This document shows, in pieces, positions 16,989 to 27,299 of a DNA stretch of 37,313 bases. The stretch comes from a virus. The notes under the pieces were generated by a model, which was not told the DNA's origin, ran no database searches, and saw nothing but the letters and a program-made list of their open reading frames with translations. The DNA is taken from IMG/VR virus record IMGVR_UViG_3300028549_002563; one strand, 5' to 3'. A program made the translations under genes and the position numbers. Numbering within the stretch: position 1 is the first letter of the stretch; every line of letters starts with the position of its first letter.

Positions 16989-17636
16989 TTACACCTCTAA
17001 AAATATAAAATCTAATCTTGCATTCCAAGATACTTTATTACCGTTATATTTAACTCTTAATATATTGTCATTGTTTTCAACTACTTTCCAAAAGATAAAA
17101 TAACTTAAAGGTGTTGTAGTAGTTGTTCCTAATTTTATCAATGTTTCATCAATATCTTCACTTGAATAAGAAGCTCCAAAAACTAACCTATTACCTACAC
17201 CTACTCTTATAGCATCATTAACTGTTATTTGAAATTCTGTATCTGAAATAATTGTAATGCTATCTATATATTTAGATGTTAATATATCACCTGTTTTAAC
17301 TAAAAAACTACAATAAGCACTTATTCCAAAACCTGCCGTAGTTCCATCTTTTTTAATTTCTTTCCAGTCTAACGTTTCAATTTCAGGATCTTTATTTATA
17401 TTGCTTCTTATAGCAACGAACATTTTATTATTTTTTGTTATAATATCATCTATTAAATAAGTTTTTATAGAACTCCAAATATTTCCAGTTCTTGATAATT
17501 CATCTATTGAAAACTTTCTATAAGAAGGCATTGAATGACTATCAGATAATATTACATCAGAAGTATCTCCTCCGAACATAAAGGTATCAAAATCATTAAT
17601 TAAGTTTTCTAAATCTTGTGCACATAAAACTGCCAT
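16989..17636 (-). CDS. Receptor-binding / tail-fibre paralog 1
   Basis: IDDIITKNNKMFVAIRSNINKDPEIETLDWKEI aligns with the paralogs. 215 aa. Confidence 0.6.
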   Translation of the reverse strand: MAVLCAQDLENLINDFDTFMFGGDTSDVILSDSHSMPSYRKFSIDELSRTGNIWSSIKTYLIDDIITKNNKMFVAIRSNINKDPEIETLDWKEIKKDGTTAGFGISAYCSFLVKTGDILTSKYIDSITIISDTEFQITVNDAIRVGVGNRLVFGASYSSEDIDETLIKLGTTTTTPLSYFIFWKVVENNDNILRVKYNGNKVSWNARLDFIFLEV

Positions 17637-17694
17637 TTAATTAAAACCTCGTTTTTTATTTTAAATTATAACTAATTAAGTTAAAAAAAGTAAA

Positions 17695-18039
17695 TTAACT
17701 TTTAACTATTACTTTAAAAGATACATTAAAAATATTTGATTTATAATCAACTGTTAAATTAGAAATAATATCTAGTAAATAAGTATCTTGTTTTCCGTTA
17801 AAATTTAATTCAGCATAAAATAGTTTTTTTGTCATATCTGTATCTAAAACTATATAACTATAAAAAGTATTAAAATCTGATTTACATAAACTTAATTTAA
17901 CATCTGCTGTTTTATCATTTAATGCTTTTTGTGATTTTAAAAAAGATATTTTAGTATCATCATTATCATCAAAAAAAACTTCATAAGTTATTGAATTTTC
18001 ATCTAAAATAAAAGGAAAATTATTAGTTGCTATATCCAT
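17695..18039 (-). CDS. Hypothetical tail-tip-associated protein
   Basis: ORF track; position only. Confidence 0.55.
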   Translation of the reverse strand: MDIATNNFPFILDENSITYEVFFDDNDDTKISFLKSQKALNDKTADVKLSLCKSDFNTFYSYIVLDTDMTKKLFYAELNFNGKQDTYLLDIISNLTVDYKSNIFNVSFKVIVKS

Positions 18040-18041
18040 TT

Positions 18042-18593
18042 TTATAATACCTCTTCTGTTAAAACTTTTAATATTTTATAATCATTTACATCATCTGTAT
18101 AAATTAAATTTTTAAGATTAATTAAACATAATGTCATATGTTGTTTATCTTCTGATGCTTGAACTTTTGATGTTAAATAACTATTATTTCCTTTTAAATT
18201 ATCTATTAACAATGTCAAGCAATTATTTAAAGCAGAACATAAAATAGTTTCTACATCGCTTACTTGTAGCAAATTTAATTCTACTGTATATAAATCTGCT
18301 TCAATTTGTGAAAAATTAGGACTTTCTGTAATAATATATTCTTTAACTCCAAAACCTAATCCTAAATCTGTTTCAAAATTTAAAGTTCCATATTTTAAAG
18401 TATCAATAAAAAATGTTTCAAATAAAAATGCTTCTTCTGCTGTATAAAACATTTTTACATTTAAAATAATATATTTATTATTATGAAATCTTTTTCTATA
18501 AGATGTTAAAAATTGTGTTAAAGAAAATCCTAGATCTATTTCAAAAGATACTTCATTAACTTTATTTAATTCTGTTAAAAGTGCTATTGCCAT
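18042..18593 (-). CDS. Hypothetical tail-tip-associated protein
   Basis: ORF track; position only. Confidence 0.55.
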   Translation of the reverse strand: MAIALLTELNKVNEVSFEIDLGFSLTQFLTSYRKRFHNNKYIILNVKMFYTAEEAFLFETFFIDTLKYGTLNFETDLGLGFGVKEYIITESPNFSQIEADLYTVELNLLQVSDVETILCSALNNCLTLLIDNLKGNNSYLTSKVQASEDKQHMTLCLINLKNLIYTDDVNDYKILKVLTEEVL

Positions 18594-18608
18594 TTAATTA
18601 ACCTCTTA

Positions 18609-20747
18609 TTATTGATAAATATTTTCTACATATTCTCTTAAAACTAAACTAACTTCGGTTGGCTTATTTAAGTTTTCATTCATTTCTGACGGTTGAATAT
18701 CTGTTAATAAATAATCTTCAATAACTTCTATTCTGTCTCCTATACTAACAAAAAACATTTCTTCAATAACATAAGCAGAGTTAGTTAAAGTTATTGTATC
18801 TGTAAATGTTTCAACAGTAAAAATATTAATAGGTTCTATTTGATAAGAAATATTACTTACAGTTTCTATTAATACGTAGTATTTAACATTAGCTTTAAAA
18901 TTTACTTTTTGTTTTAACGTTATAATATTAGCATTTATATCTCTTGCTTCAACAGTTATAAAATCATCTATATATTCAGTAGAAACTCCCACTCTATCTC
19001 CTATTTCAGGAATTAATCCCTCTAAATCTGTTTTAATAGTGCATTGTTTTTGTGTTAATCTTTTTTTATCATAAATAAATGTAGCGATATCTTTTGCTTT
19101 TTGTTCATCATTTACACCCATCAAAACCGTTTCATCATAATCAACAATATCAGGATTATCAACAGGAGGAAAATAAACATTTTCAAAATTAATCTCTCCT
19201 TTTTTAAGATATCTTGCTTTTATACCTTGAACTTTTTCATCGTCATCTTGAATTTTATAACTAAATTGTATTTCTTGGCAATTCTTTTTACTAAATATTA
19301 ATTTTCTATAATATTGGGCTTTCTCTTTGCGTATAACGAACTTATTTAGATAAGGATATATCATATAGCCAAATGATTTTAAAACGCTATTAAGTGTATC
19401 AAATGCGTTCTCTTTCTTATCTAATACTAATCCGATCTCTTCGTCTAATTGTTCTCTTATGTCAAGATATGTTAAACTCTCTCCCATTCCATAAGTTGTA
19501 TTAGTCCAGATATCTTTAACAAAATCTAATAAAGTATTATAAGTTATGCTTCCGTCTGTTTTTCTTTCGCAGTCGATATTAATAGTTATTCCAGCCGTTC
19601 CTGATATTTCTTTTGAAGTTTTAACAACAAAAGATATTAAAGAATAATCGTTAGCATATTCTAACCCTTCTTCTGCTTCCATTCCTAAAATTTCTTGAAT
19701 ATTACAGGCCTTAGAAGATTGATCTCCTATCAAATCAGTTCTTTTTAAATATACTTTATATCTTCCAAGTTTTATTTTTTCGTGATATGTATGTCTATAT
19801 GGAGAAATAGTATTTTTAGTTATTGAAAATGTTCTATTAATAACAAATCCTGTTTCAACATCAAAATCATCTATTTCTTTTAATATTAATTGAAAAGATG
19901 CTGTGTCTGCTTCTTGTGATGTTGTAGTGACTCCCATAATATCTGTATCTGATACTGTTTGAGATATTCCACTTGGGAATTCTAAATTAATCATAACAAA
20001 TTGAATTTGTGTATTTTTAGCATTAATAACAGAGTATCCGATTTCATCGTTAGTTTCATTAAAAGAAATGTTTTCTATTTCTCTTACTCTATGCGAAATC
20101 ATATTAACAAAAGAAGGATATAAACCCAAAGTTATTGCCTGATCTCTTAAATTAAATAAATGATTAGTTTTAGCACCCACTCCTGATTTAAAATAAGCAA
20201 CAAGAGGATTTATAAAACTATTAATATTTGTTTCTGCTATATAAGTATCATATATATCAAAATTTCCAACTCCAATACAAGTATGTATAATATTATATTC
20301 TTCATTTTCATAATAAACTTTATAAGCTGGAGCTATTAATTTAGTATATTGTCTTATTCTTCCGTATTGAATTTGTATCGGCTCGCCAAGTTTTGCTTCT
20401 ATCTGACTTGATTTAGTTGAATAAACAGATAAAGATTTACCTACTTCTGGCTCTTTTGGCTTAAATAAATAAGCTAAAATCATACTGATAACGATTGCTA
20501 TTGCTATCTGAATAACAAAATTCCACTCTATAAATTGATTTACTGTTATTAAATCATTTTCTTTTAATGTCATATCATAATTATCAATTTCTATAAGTTG
20601 TTTATTAACATAAACATCTGTTTTAACATTAAAACCGTTTGGAAATTTTTCTAATAATAATTCATATAATTTTATATTATCTTTTACTTCTTCTTTTTTA
20701 AAAGCGTATAAATTAGTTAAATTAACTTCTTTATAAAATACATTCAT
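18609..20747 (-). CDS. Tail tip / host-specificity protein (gpJ-like) with N-terminal gpI-like TM segment
   Basis: 712 aa directly after the gpK-like NlpC/P60 gene. Internal TM segment WNFVIQIAIAIVISMILAYLF near residue 75. The call rests on synteny with lambda M-L-K-I-J. Confidence 0.65.
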   Translation of the reverse strand: MNVFYKEVNLTNLYAFKKEEVKDNIKLYELLLEKFPNGFNVKTDVYVNKQLIEIDNYDMTLKENDLITVNQFIEWNFVIQIAIAIVISMILAYLFKPKEPEVGKSLSVYSTKSSQIEAKLGEPIQIQYGRIRQYTKLIAPAYKVYYENEEYNIIHTCIGVGNFDIYDTYIAETNINSFINPLVAYFKSGVGAKTNHLFNLRDQAITLGLYPSFVNMISHRVREIENISFNETNDEIGYSVINAKNTQIQFVMINLEFPSGISQTVSDTDIMGVTTTSQEADTASFQLILKEIDDFDVETGFVINRTFSITKNTISPYRHTYHEKIKLGRYKVYLKRTDLIGDQSSKACNIQEILGMEAEEGLEYANDYSLISFVVKTSKEISGTAGITINIDCERKTDGSITYNTLLDFVKDIWTNTTYGMGESLTYLDIREQLDEEIGLVLDKKENAFDTLNSVLKSFGYMIYPYLNKFVIRKEKAQYYRKLIFSKKNCQEIQFSYKIQDDDEKVQGIKARYLKKGEINFENVYFPPVDNPDIVDYDETVLMGVNDEQKAKDIATFIYDKKRLTQKQCTIKTDLEGLIPEIGDRVGVSTEYIDDFITVEARDINANIITLKQKVNFKANVKYYVLIETVSNISYQIEPINIFTVETFTDTITLTNSAYVIEEMFFVSIGDRIEVIEDYLLTDIQPSEMNENLNKPTEVSLVLREYVENIYQ

Positions 20748-20749
20748 TT

Positions 20750-21151
20750 TTATAATCCTCTCTTGTCTCTATATATCTTTATATCTTTATTAAAAAATAA
20801 CATCTTTTGAATGTTTTCTATTTTACTTCCAAATTTACTTTCTTCATTATGAATAAAATTATCTTTATCAACTAAAACACCTACGTGGGAAAAGTTTCTG
20901 TCTTCTTTATTCTTAAAAAATATTATATCTAATGGCTCTCTATTTTCAAAAGAAATTTCTTCATAAAGTTCTAATACTTTTTCTTTTAATTTTCTAAAAA
21001 AAACAGGAGAAATAAAAGCTTCTGTTAATTGTTTATAATCTTCATCTAATTCAGATACAAAACCCGAACAATTAGTTTCTCCTTTTTCATTTTTAAATAT
21101 TGCTTTTGAATTATAAGGTAATCCTAAAAAATCATTAAAGTTATTAATCAT
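20750..21151 (-). CDS. NlpC/P60-family cysteine peptidase, gpK-like tail protein
   Basis: Catalytic-type NCSGFV and downstream FSHVGVLV...FIH pattern; synteny. Confidence 0.65.
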   Translation of the reverse strand: MINNFNDFLGLPYNSKAIFKNEKGETNCSGFVSELDEDYKQLTEAFISPVFFRKLKEKVLELYEEISFENREPLDIIFFKNKEDRNFSHVGVLVDKDNFIHNEESKFGSKIENIQKMLFFNKDIKIYRDKRGL

Positions 21152-21645
21152 AAATATTTAAGTCCTCTAAAATTTTCAACTGTAAAAACAGTTTTAGGAA
21201 GTTTAGTTTGTATTGATAACAATAAAGCACCGCCAAAACTAACATTTCTATCTCTTATATCTATCGCATTAACAGAAAATAAAAACGGAGCTTGTGTTTG
21301 TGGATATTTATAAGAATTTTCTAAATACATTCTATATTTTATTTTAATTTTTTCTTGTGAATTTCTTATTATAGTTTCCAGTTGTTTAATATAAGAAAAT
21401 TGAACTAAACCGAAACTAACAGAAATATCTAAATTTCCATTTTCATTAAACTCTGGAAGTTTAACTACGAAGTTAGCAGAGTTATGCTCTATTAATTCTC
21501 CTGTTTCCAGTGTTAAACTTAAATTTAAAGGATGTTTAACAAAAAAAAGTCTTGTATTTGTTTCAGTATGACTTACTTCAACAGCTTCAATAATTTTTAA
21601 TCTTCTTTCTCCTGAAAAAACTTTTTTTAAATCTTCATTTAACAT
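21148..21645 (-). CDS. Minor tail protein (gpL/gpM-like)
   Basis: Position immediately after the tape-measure gene; 4-nt overlap with the next gene. Confidence 0.55.
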   Translation of the reverse strand: MLNEDLKKVFSGERRLKIIEAVEVSHTETNTRLFFVKHPLNLSLTLETGELIEHNSANFVVKLPEFNENGNLDISVSFGLVQFSYIKQLETIIRNSQEKIKIKYRMYLENSYKYPQTQAPFLFSVNAIDIRDRNVSFGGALLLSIQTKLPKTVFTVENFRGLKYL

Positions 21646-21703
21646 TTTATAACCTCTTTATTTTATAATTTTAACATCTTTTAAGATAACATTCAATAAA
21701 ATA

Positions 21704-24625
21704 TTATCTTTTATTTATATTATATTTTTTATTCATAATCTTATCTGTTTGGCTTCTTCCTGCATTAATTCTTGATGCTAATTGTTTATCAATTTTATCT
21801 ATTAATTCTATATCAACTTCACCTTTATCATTTACTCTTGTGCTTACTTGTGCACTTGAATAGTTATTAACATTAACAACTGGAGCAGATGAACCGCCAC
21901 CCATTGCTTGAACGCCCAGTTTTCCATTTGAAGTTCTTGTTAATGGCATTATCGCTTCTGGGCCTGCTTCTCCCATTAAACCTGTTTTATTTCCTGCCAT
22001 TGGAAAATAGGTTGGACTATTAACAACTGTTCCAGTTGCGAATGCTTGAACTTGACCTCCTGAAAATGCTCCACCGTTAGCGAATGCACCGCCAAAACCG
22101 CCACCGAATGCCATTTGCATTGTTTTCATAACTAACATTTTAATAATTAATTGTTGTATCTCTTGCAACATTCCTTTAAATACATTTCCTGCTAATTGTC
22201 CTAAATCCATAAAACCTTTTGAAGAATAATCAAAAAATGAAGTAAAAGATGAATTTAAAGTATTTTCTAAACCTGAAAATAATTCCTGAGATAAAGCATT
22301 ATAGTTTGTAATTCTTTCTTCTATGCTATTCATATATAATTGGAAACCTGCTAAAATAGTTGTTTGGCTTTCTAATTCTTGTATTGCTAAACCTTTATAT
22401 TTTTCTTTTAATTCATCTACTTTTACTTTTTCTAAATCTATTAATTGTTGTTTAGAATATCCTTTTTCAATCATTGAATTTCTGTAAATTTCTAATTCTT
22501 TTTGAAAAGATATTTCATAATTTTTAACAGTAGAATAATATTCAAATTCATTTTGAAGTTTTTTATTTTTTAATTCTTCATCTTTTTTTAATTCATCATT
22601 TGCTAATTTAATTTTATTTGCTAATTCTTCTTTTGCTAATTTATCAGCATCATCTGCTGATTTCTTTTTAAGAGCATTAAACAGTTCTACACCCTGTGCA
22701 TCTGTTATTTGACCTAATCTTTTAAGTTCTGCTACTTGATTAGATATTTCTATATTAGTAGCTTCTGCTTCCTTTCCAACAGCTCTTAAATAAGTTATAA
22801 ATCCTGCATCTGAAAAATCAATCTCTTTTATTTCAAAAATACTATCTTTTAATTCTTTTAATCTTGCTTCTGTTAAAGATGCTTTTTCAGCAGGAAGTAA
22901 ATCAGATTTATTTATTTCATCTATTATTTCTACTGATTTAATAGCATATTCGTTTTCTTTATCTCCAACTGCTTTATAATAATCTCCATATATTTTAAGT
23001 AGTTCATTTGATTTTTCTTCTGCAGTTTTAATACTTTCATTTTTAGCATCTTCTTCTACTTTGTTAATTTCATCATTTCCTACTTCCCAGGCCTTAACTA
23101 ATTGTTCGTTTGTATATTTACCTGATGATGCAAAACCTTGAATAGTTTCTGATAATCTTTGTCTTGCTGCTTCTGCTTTCTCTCCTATTAAATCTAAATA
23201 ACCTGCTAAATTAGCATCTATTATTTCTTTTGTTGCTTCTTTACCTGCTTTTCCAGTCTTTTTAAAAGCAGATGATATATCTCCATCTTTTGCTCCTGGA
23301 ACATCTGGACGAGGAACTATAACTGCGTTATTTGTTTTTTTAGTAGGTTTTGCATCAACTCTTTTAAAAATATCTTTTACTTTATTTATAACTCTATTAA
23401 AATCTTCTTCAACTCTTAACTTATCTAATGTTCCATTTATATAGGCATTTTTTTCATCTAAAACCGCTTTTTTGCTTTCTTTAAATTGTGCTATTGAGTC
23501 TGCTTTAACTTTATTTAATTCTTTTTGAATATTTATTGATGCTTGTAAAAATTTATTTTGCTTATCAGGTAAAAAAGAAAAAGAAGAAGCTATTAAATCT
23601 GCCACTCCTTTTAATCCGCCATAAATAAATACTTTTACTTGTGTATATCCAACTTTTATGGCTTCCCAAAGTGTATTAAAAACGAATTTAATAGCTCCTA
23701 TTCCTATACTAAATCTATTCATAACAAATAAAAGTCCTTGAAAACTTTCAAGTGTTCCTACTATAAAACCTCTAACTGTATTACCTAATGCTTGAATGTC
23801 TTCCTGAGAACCTGATGAAAAATTAGTAAATTCATCATTTAATAATTTAACAGCAGATTTAAAATTATTAAAAAGTCCGCTTTCTTCTCCTACTTTAACA
23901 GTGAATTGTGTCCAACTATCTTTTAGATTTGACATCATTCCCTCATAAGTATTTGACATTTCTATCATTTGTCCCTTATATTTACTGTTAAAAATGGCCT
24001 GTAAAGTGCTTTCAATAGTTTCTTTATTGTTATTTATAACTATATTTTTAGCCTTTCCAGACGCATCAGCCCAAGAATAAGCTATTTTATCTCCTTGTTT
24101 TGATGCTTTAATTCCAAATTCTTTTAATCTTTCATTTTCTCCTGTAATAGCATCTGCCATTGCTTCTACTACATCAATAACATCTTTACCCATTGCAGCA
24201 GCAGTATCGCCATAAACTCTTAAAGCTTCTGTATCTCCTGTTAATCCAAAAGAACGCATTTTAATAAATGCTTCAACTACTTTATCTAATTCAAAAGGTG
24301 TTTCTTTTGCGAACTTTTTTACTTCTTCAAATGATTTAGTGGCGTTAGCTTGGCTTCCTGTTAATACTTTTAATTGTGCGTTATATCTTTCAAATGCTGC
24401 TGTGTTAGATATGATAACAGAACCCAATCCTGCAACAGCTTCTAGTCCCTTTGAAACTGCAATATAAGATACAACGGTAGCAGACAAGTTTTTGATAGCA
24501 CCTGACATTCCATTTATATTTCTTTGTGTATTATTAGCAGAAGAACTTAATTTATTTAAATCTCTTTCTAATTGTGCTATTTTATTACCTTGTTCTTTTA
24601 GAACTAAATCAATTTCAAAACGCAT
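21704..24625 (-). CDS. Tape measure protein
   Basis: 973 aa, long helical/coiled-coil composition, glycine-rich GGGFGGAFANGGAFSGG near the C-terminus. Follows the G/GT chaperone genes. Confidence 0.85.
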   Translation of the reverse strand: MRFEIDLVLKEQGNKIAQLERDLNKLSSSANNTQRNINGMSGAIKNLSATVVSYIAVSKGLEAVAGLGSVIISNTAAFERYNAQLKVLTGSQANATKSFEEVKKFAKETPFELDKVVEAFIKMRSFGLTGDTEALRVYGDTAAAMGKDVIDVVEAMADAITGENERLKEFGIKASKQGDKIAYSWADASGKAKNIVINNNKETIESTLQAIFNSKYKGQMIEMSNTYEGMMSNLKDSWTQFTVKVGEESGLFNNFKSAVKLLNDEFTNFSSGSQEDIQALGNTVRGFIVGTLESFQGLLFVMNRFSIGIGAIKFVFNTLWEAIKVGYTQVKVFIYGGLKGVADLIASSFSFLPDKQNKFLQASINIQKELNKVKADSIAQFKESKKAVLDEKNAYINGTLDKLRVEEDFNRVINKVKDIFKRVDAKPTKKTNNAVIVPRPDVPGAKDGDISSAFKKTGKAGKEATKEIIDANLAGYLDLIGEKAEAARQRLSETIQGFASSGKYTNEQLVKAWEVGNDEINKVEEDAKNESIKTAEEKSNELLKIYGDYYKAVGDKENEYAIKSVEIIDEINKSDLLPAEKASLTEARLKELKDSIFEIKEIDFSDAGFITYLRAVGKEAEATNIEISNQVAELKRLGQITDAQGVELFNALKKKSADDADKLAKEELANKIKLANDELKKDEELKNKKLQNEFEYYSTVKNYEISFQKELEIYRNSMIEKGYSKQQLIDLEKVKVDELKEKYKGLAIQELESQTTILAGFQLYMNSIEERITNYNALSQELFSGLENTLNSSFTSFFDYSSKGFMDLGQLAGNVFKGMLQEIQQLIIKMLVMKTMQMAFGGGFGGAFANGGAFSGGQVQAFATGTVVNSPTYFPMAGNKTGLMGEAGPEAIMPLTRTSNGKLGVQAMGGGSSAPVVNVNNYSSAQVSTRVNDKGEVDIELIDKIDKQLASRINAGRSQTDKIMNKKYNINKR

Positions 24626-24655
24626 ATTAAGACCTCTTAATTTTTTATAATTTTA

Positions 24656-25359
24656 TCATTTTTTGTTTTTAATTTTAAAATCTATTTCTTGTAATATATC
24701 TAATGCTAATTCAATTTCAACATCTCTTAAATATAATTTTAAATAATCTATAATTGAAGCATTATTTAAATTTCCGTTCATATCTCTTAAAGATAAAGAT
24801 TTTAACATAAATATAGCTTTTGATTGAATGCTTTCAGTAGTTGAAGGAGATTTATTTTTACAAATAAATAAATTAGAATTTGTATCTAATTCATAAAAAT
24901 TTTCCTGTGATTTAGTTATTTTTTCTACTTCACAAGGAGTTTCTTTTTTTCTTTTTTCAGAGTTTTTAATACATATTTCACATGCTTCTCTTTTAAAAAC
25001 TATCCAATCTATAAAATCTTTTATTTTTTTTTATCTTCTTGGACTTTTGAAGTTGCAAAAGTTATTATTTTATTACAAAATTCAGGATCAAAATCAAAAA
25101 CTAAACTTTTATTTTCAGTAGAACATTCTAACGGTTTATCTTCCATATCTGTAATATTAACCCAATCAATAACAGAATTAACAAATATTTGTTTTGCTAC
25201 TTCTAACATTTTAATAGAGTTATCTTCACCCTCGAAAGCTTCAATAATAGATAAGTTTTCTTTATAAGTTAGTATTTTTACTTTAATTGTAAATTCATCT
25301 TTTAATTTTAAATCTTTATTAGTAATATTAATTATTTTGTAGTCTGTATGAAGTTTCAT
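24656..25359 (-). CDS. Tail assembly chaperone -1 frameshift product (gpGT-like)
   Basis: I checked every codon of the -1 frame from 25024 down to TGA at 24656-24658. It stays open for about 122 codons, has no long ATG-initiated ORF of its own, and is reached from the G frame by a -1 slip on A AAA AAA. Confidence 0.7.
25021..25359 (-). CDS. Tail assembly chaperone (gpG-like)
   Basis: 112 aa between the major tail and tape-measure genes. Ends ...GAT AAA AAA AAA TAA (A9 run, plus-strand T9 at 25024-25032). Confidence 0.75.
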   Translation of the reverse strand: MKLHTDYKIINITNKDLKLKDEFTIKVKILTYKENLSIIEAFEGEDNSIKMLEVAKQIFVNSVIDWVNITDMEDKPLECSTENKSLVFDFDPEFCNKIITFATSKVQEDKKK

Positions 25360-25388
25360 TTTTTCCCTCTTTTATTTTTATATTTGTA

Positions 25389-25417
25389 ATCATATATAAA
25401 AAACATAAAAAAGTCAA
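25389..25417 (-). promoter_or_regulatory. Sigma70-type promoter TTGACT-N17-TATGAT
   Basis: Plus strand shows ATCATA at 25389-25394 and AGTCAA at 25412-25417, spacer 17. Lies upstream of the chaperone gene. Confidence 0.55.
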
Positions 25418-25460
25418 AAAATTATTTTAAGAAGAGATAAAGGGCTTTTAACCCTTTATA

Positions 25461-26834
25461 TTAATAAGTAGTTTTATCGTTTATTAACTCGATAACTATT
25501 GCTTCTGTTGATACACCTTTAAACGGAGAATAACTTACAGTTGCTGAAATAGCAGTTGGAGAAGATATTTCAGGAGTTGTCGGTGTTAATGTTCCTTGTG
25601 GGAATATTATTCTAAAAATATCTCCTGCTGTATTAATAGCTTCTAACGTAATATCAAATTCTTTCCCAAGTTTTGCTTCTTCTAAAAATCTAGCATTATC
25701 AGCATCAAAAATTATATTTAAATCACAAGTTATAGAAGTTTTACCTTCAAGAATTTTCCCTAATGTTCCTTTATCAGAAATTAATCTTTTTCCTTCTGCA
25801 TTGTTATTAAAAGTAAAAGAACAAGTTTCAACTGATGCAGTTATACTTTCTCCTGTTGTAGAAGTTAAAGCAATTTCAAAATGTTCGAATGATTTATCAT
25901 TTAAAACAGTTAAAGCACTTTGACCTTGAAATGTATCAGTAGCAAATAAAAGAGCTTGTTTTATACCGTTTAAAAGCGTAATAGAAGTATTAGCAACTAA
26001 ACTATCTATTTTATTAGTTTCACCTACATTATAAACTGTTGTTCCTGCTGTTAAAGCTGTTTCTAACGGTCTAGAAATATAAACTTTATCTCCTGAAATT
26101 GCTTTTACTTGATAAACTATTCCGCTTAAAGAAATAAAATCACCTGATGCCATTGATGCACCTTCACCTGTTCCGACTTCAATAACTGATAAACCTGTTG
26201 CTACATTTGCTTCAACTAATGCTACTGCTACTTTAAGAGTAATAACATCTCCTACTTCTAATCCTGCTGTTGAAGATACTAAAAGAGTTTTAGTGTTAAT
26301 ATTTGCATCTGCTGTTAAAGCATAGTTAGTGCTATCAACTTGTAATGTATTGAAAAATTCATTTTTTCCTAAAACATCAACCGTTCCTATAATTTCACCT
26401 TCTCCACCGAAATCAATTTTTAAAGAATTAGCTTTTAATCCAACTGCTTTATAATTAATATCTGAACCGTTCAATGTTTTTTCTAATTGAAAAGATGGAA
26501 CACAATTATCAGTAATTTTAAATGTATGTTTATATTTAGCACCTTCTGCTGCCACTGTATAGTTTCCTAAAAGTTGTTTAATCCAGAAACCTGTTTGTAT
26601 GTTATCAATAGCTATTTCTAAACTACCGCCAACTTCAATATTTCCCTTTCCTGCTTTTGATGGACTTCTTCCTGCTGCCAATAATTCACTTTCAACTGCG
26701 TTTTGTGTAAATTTAACTGTATTTGATTTAACGTAGATTGTATTAAATCCTGTTGTTTCTGATTTTCCAAATTCTGCTTCTTCTTTAACTTTTACTATTA
26801 AATTAGAACCTGATACTGTATTACATGTATTCAT
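25461..26834 (-). CDS. Major tail protein (large, probably with a decorating C-terminal domain)
   Basis: Position between the connector genes and G/GT. Strong SD context AACTTTGGAGGTTTTAATAAAATG is shared with the capsid gene. Confidence 0.6.
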   Translation of the reverse strand: MNTCNTVSGSNLIVKVKEEAEFGKSETTGFNTIYVKSNTVKFTQNAVESELLAAGRSPSKAGKGNIEVGGSLEIAIDNIQTGFWIKQLLGNYTVAAEGAKYKHTFKITDNCVPSFQLEKTLNGSDINYKAVGLKANSLKIDFGGEGEIIGTVDVLGKNEFFNTLQVDSTNYALTADANINTKTLLVSSTAGLEVGDVITLKVAVALVEANVATGLSVIEVGTGEGASMASGDFISLSGIVYQVKAISGDKVYISRPLETALTAGTTVYNVGETNKIDSLVANTSITLLNGIKQALLFATDTFQGQSALTVLNDKSFEHFEIALTSTTGESITASVETCSFTFNNNAEGKRLISDKGTLGKILEGKTSITCDLNIIFDADNARFLEEAKLGKEFDITLEAINTAGDIFRIIFPQGTLTPTTPEISSPTAISATVSYSPFKGVSTEAIVIELINDKTTY

Positions 26835-26903
26835 TTTATTAAAACCTCCAAAGTTTTGTTTTTATAAGATGAATTTTAACATAAATAAGTTCATTTAAGA
26901 AAA

Positions 26904-27287
26904 TTAAATTAAACAGGCTTCAAAATCAATAAAAGATGCATATAATTCATTTTGTTTTTCTCTTGTTGGGCTTCCTATTCCTTCTAATTCTGTAAATTTT
27001 AAACCGTTTAATTCTTTATCTTTTAAAAATTCAATAACTTCATCTAATAAAATCATTGAAGTAGTTGGATTAGTTTCATAAATAAAAATTCTTAAATATC
27101 CAGAGTTCTTAAATGTTTCTAAATCATAACTTAAAAATCTTTGTTTTGTTGTTTTTGGCTGATAACTTAAACTTATATAAGGTGTTTTATCTTTAACTTC
27201 TTCTGAGCTATCTAATCTTAATTTAGATGCTGTCCAAGTATTTAAAAAAAGTTCATTTATTTTTTTTATTATTGTTGCGTGTTTCAT
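26904..27287 (-). CDS. Tail terminator / tail completion candidate
   Basis: Position only (last small gene before the major tail gene). Confidence 0.45.
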   Translation of the reverse strand: MKHATIIKKINELFLNTWTASKLRLDSSEEVKDKTPYISLSYQPKTTKQRFLSYDLETFKNSGYLRIFIYETNPTTSMILLDEVIEFLKDKELNGLKFTELEGIGSPTREKQNELYASFIDFEACLI

Positions 27288-27299
27288 TTATTTATCCTC

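Noticed and set aside
19101-19301. 66-aa plus-strand ORF inside the gpJ-like gene
   Set aside because: Antisense shadow with an Ile/Asn/Phe-rich junk composition.
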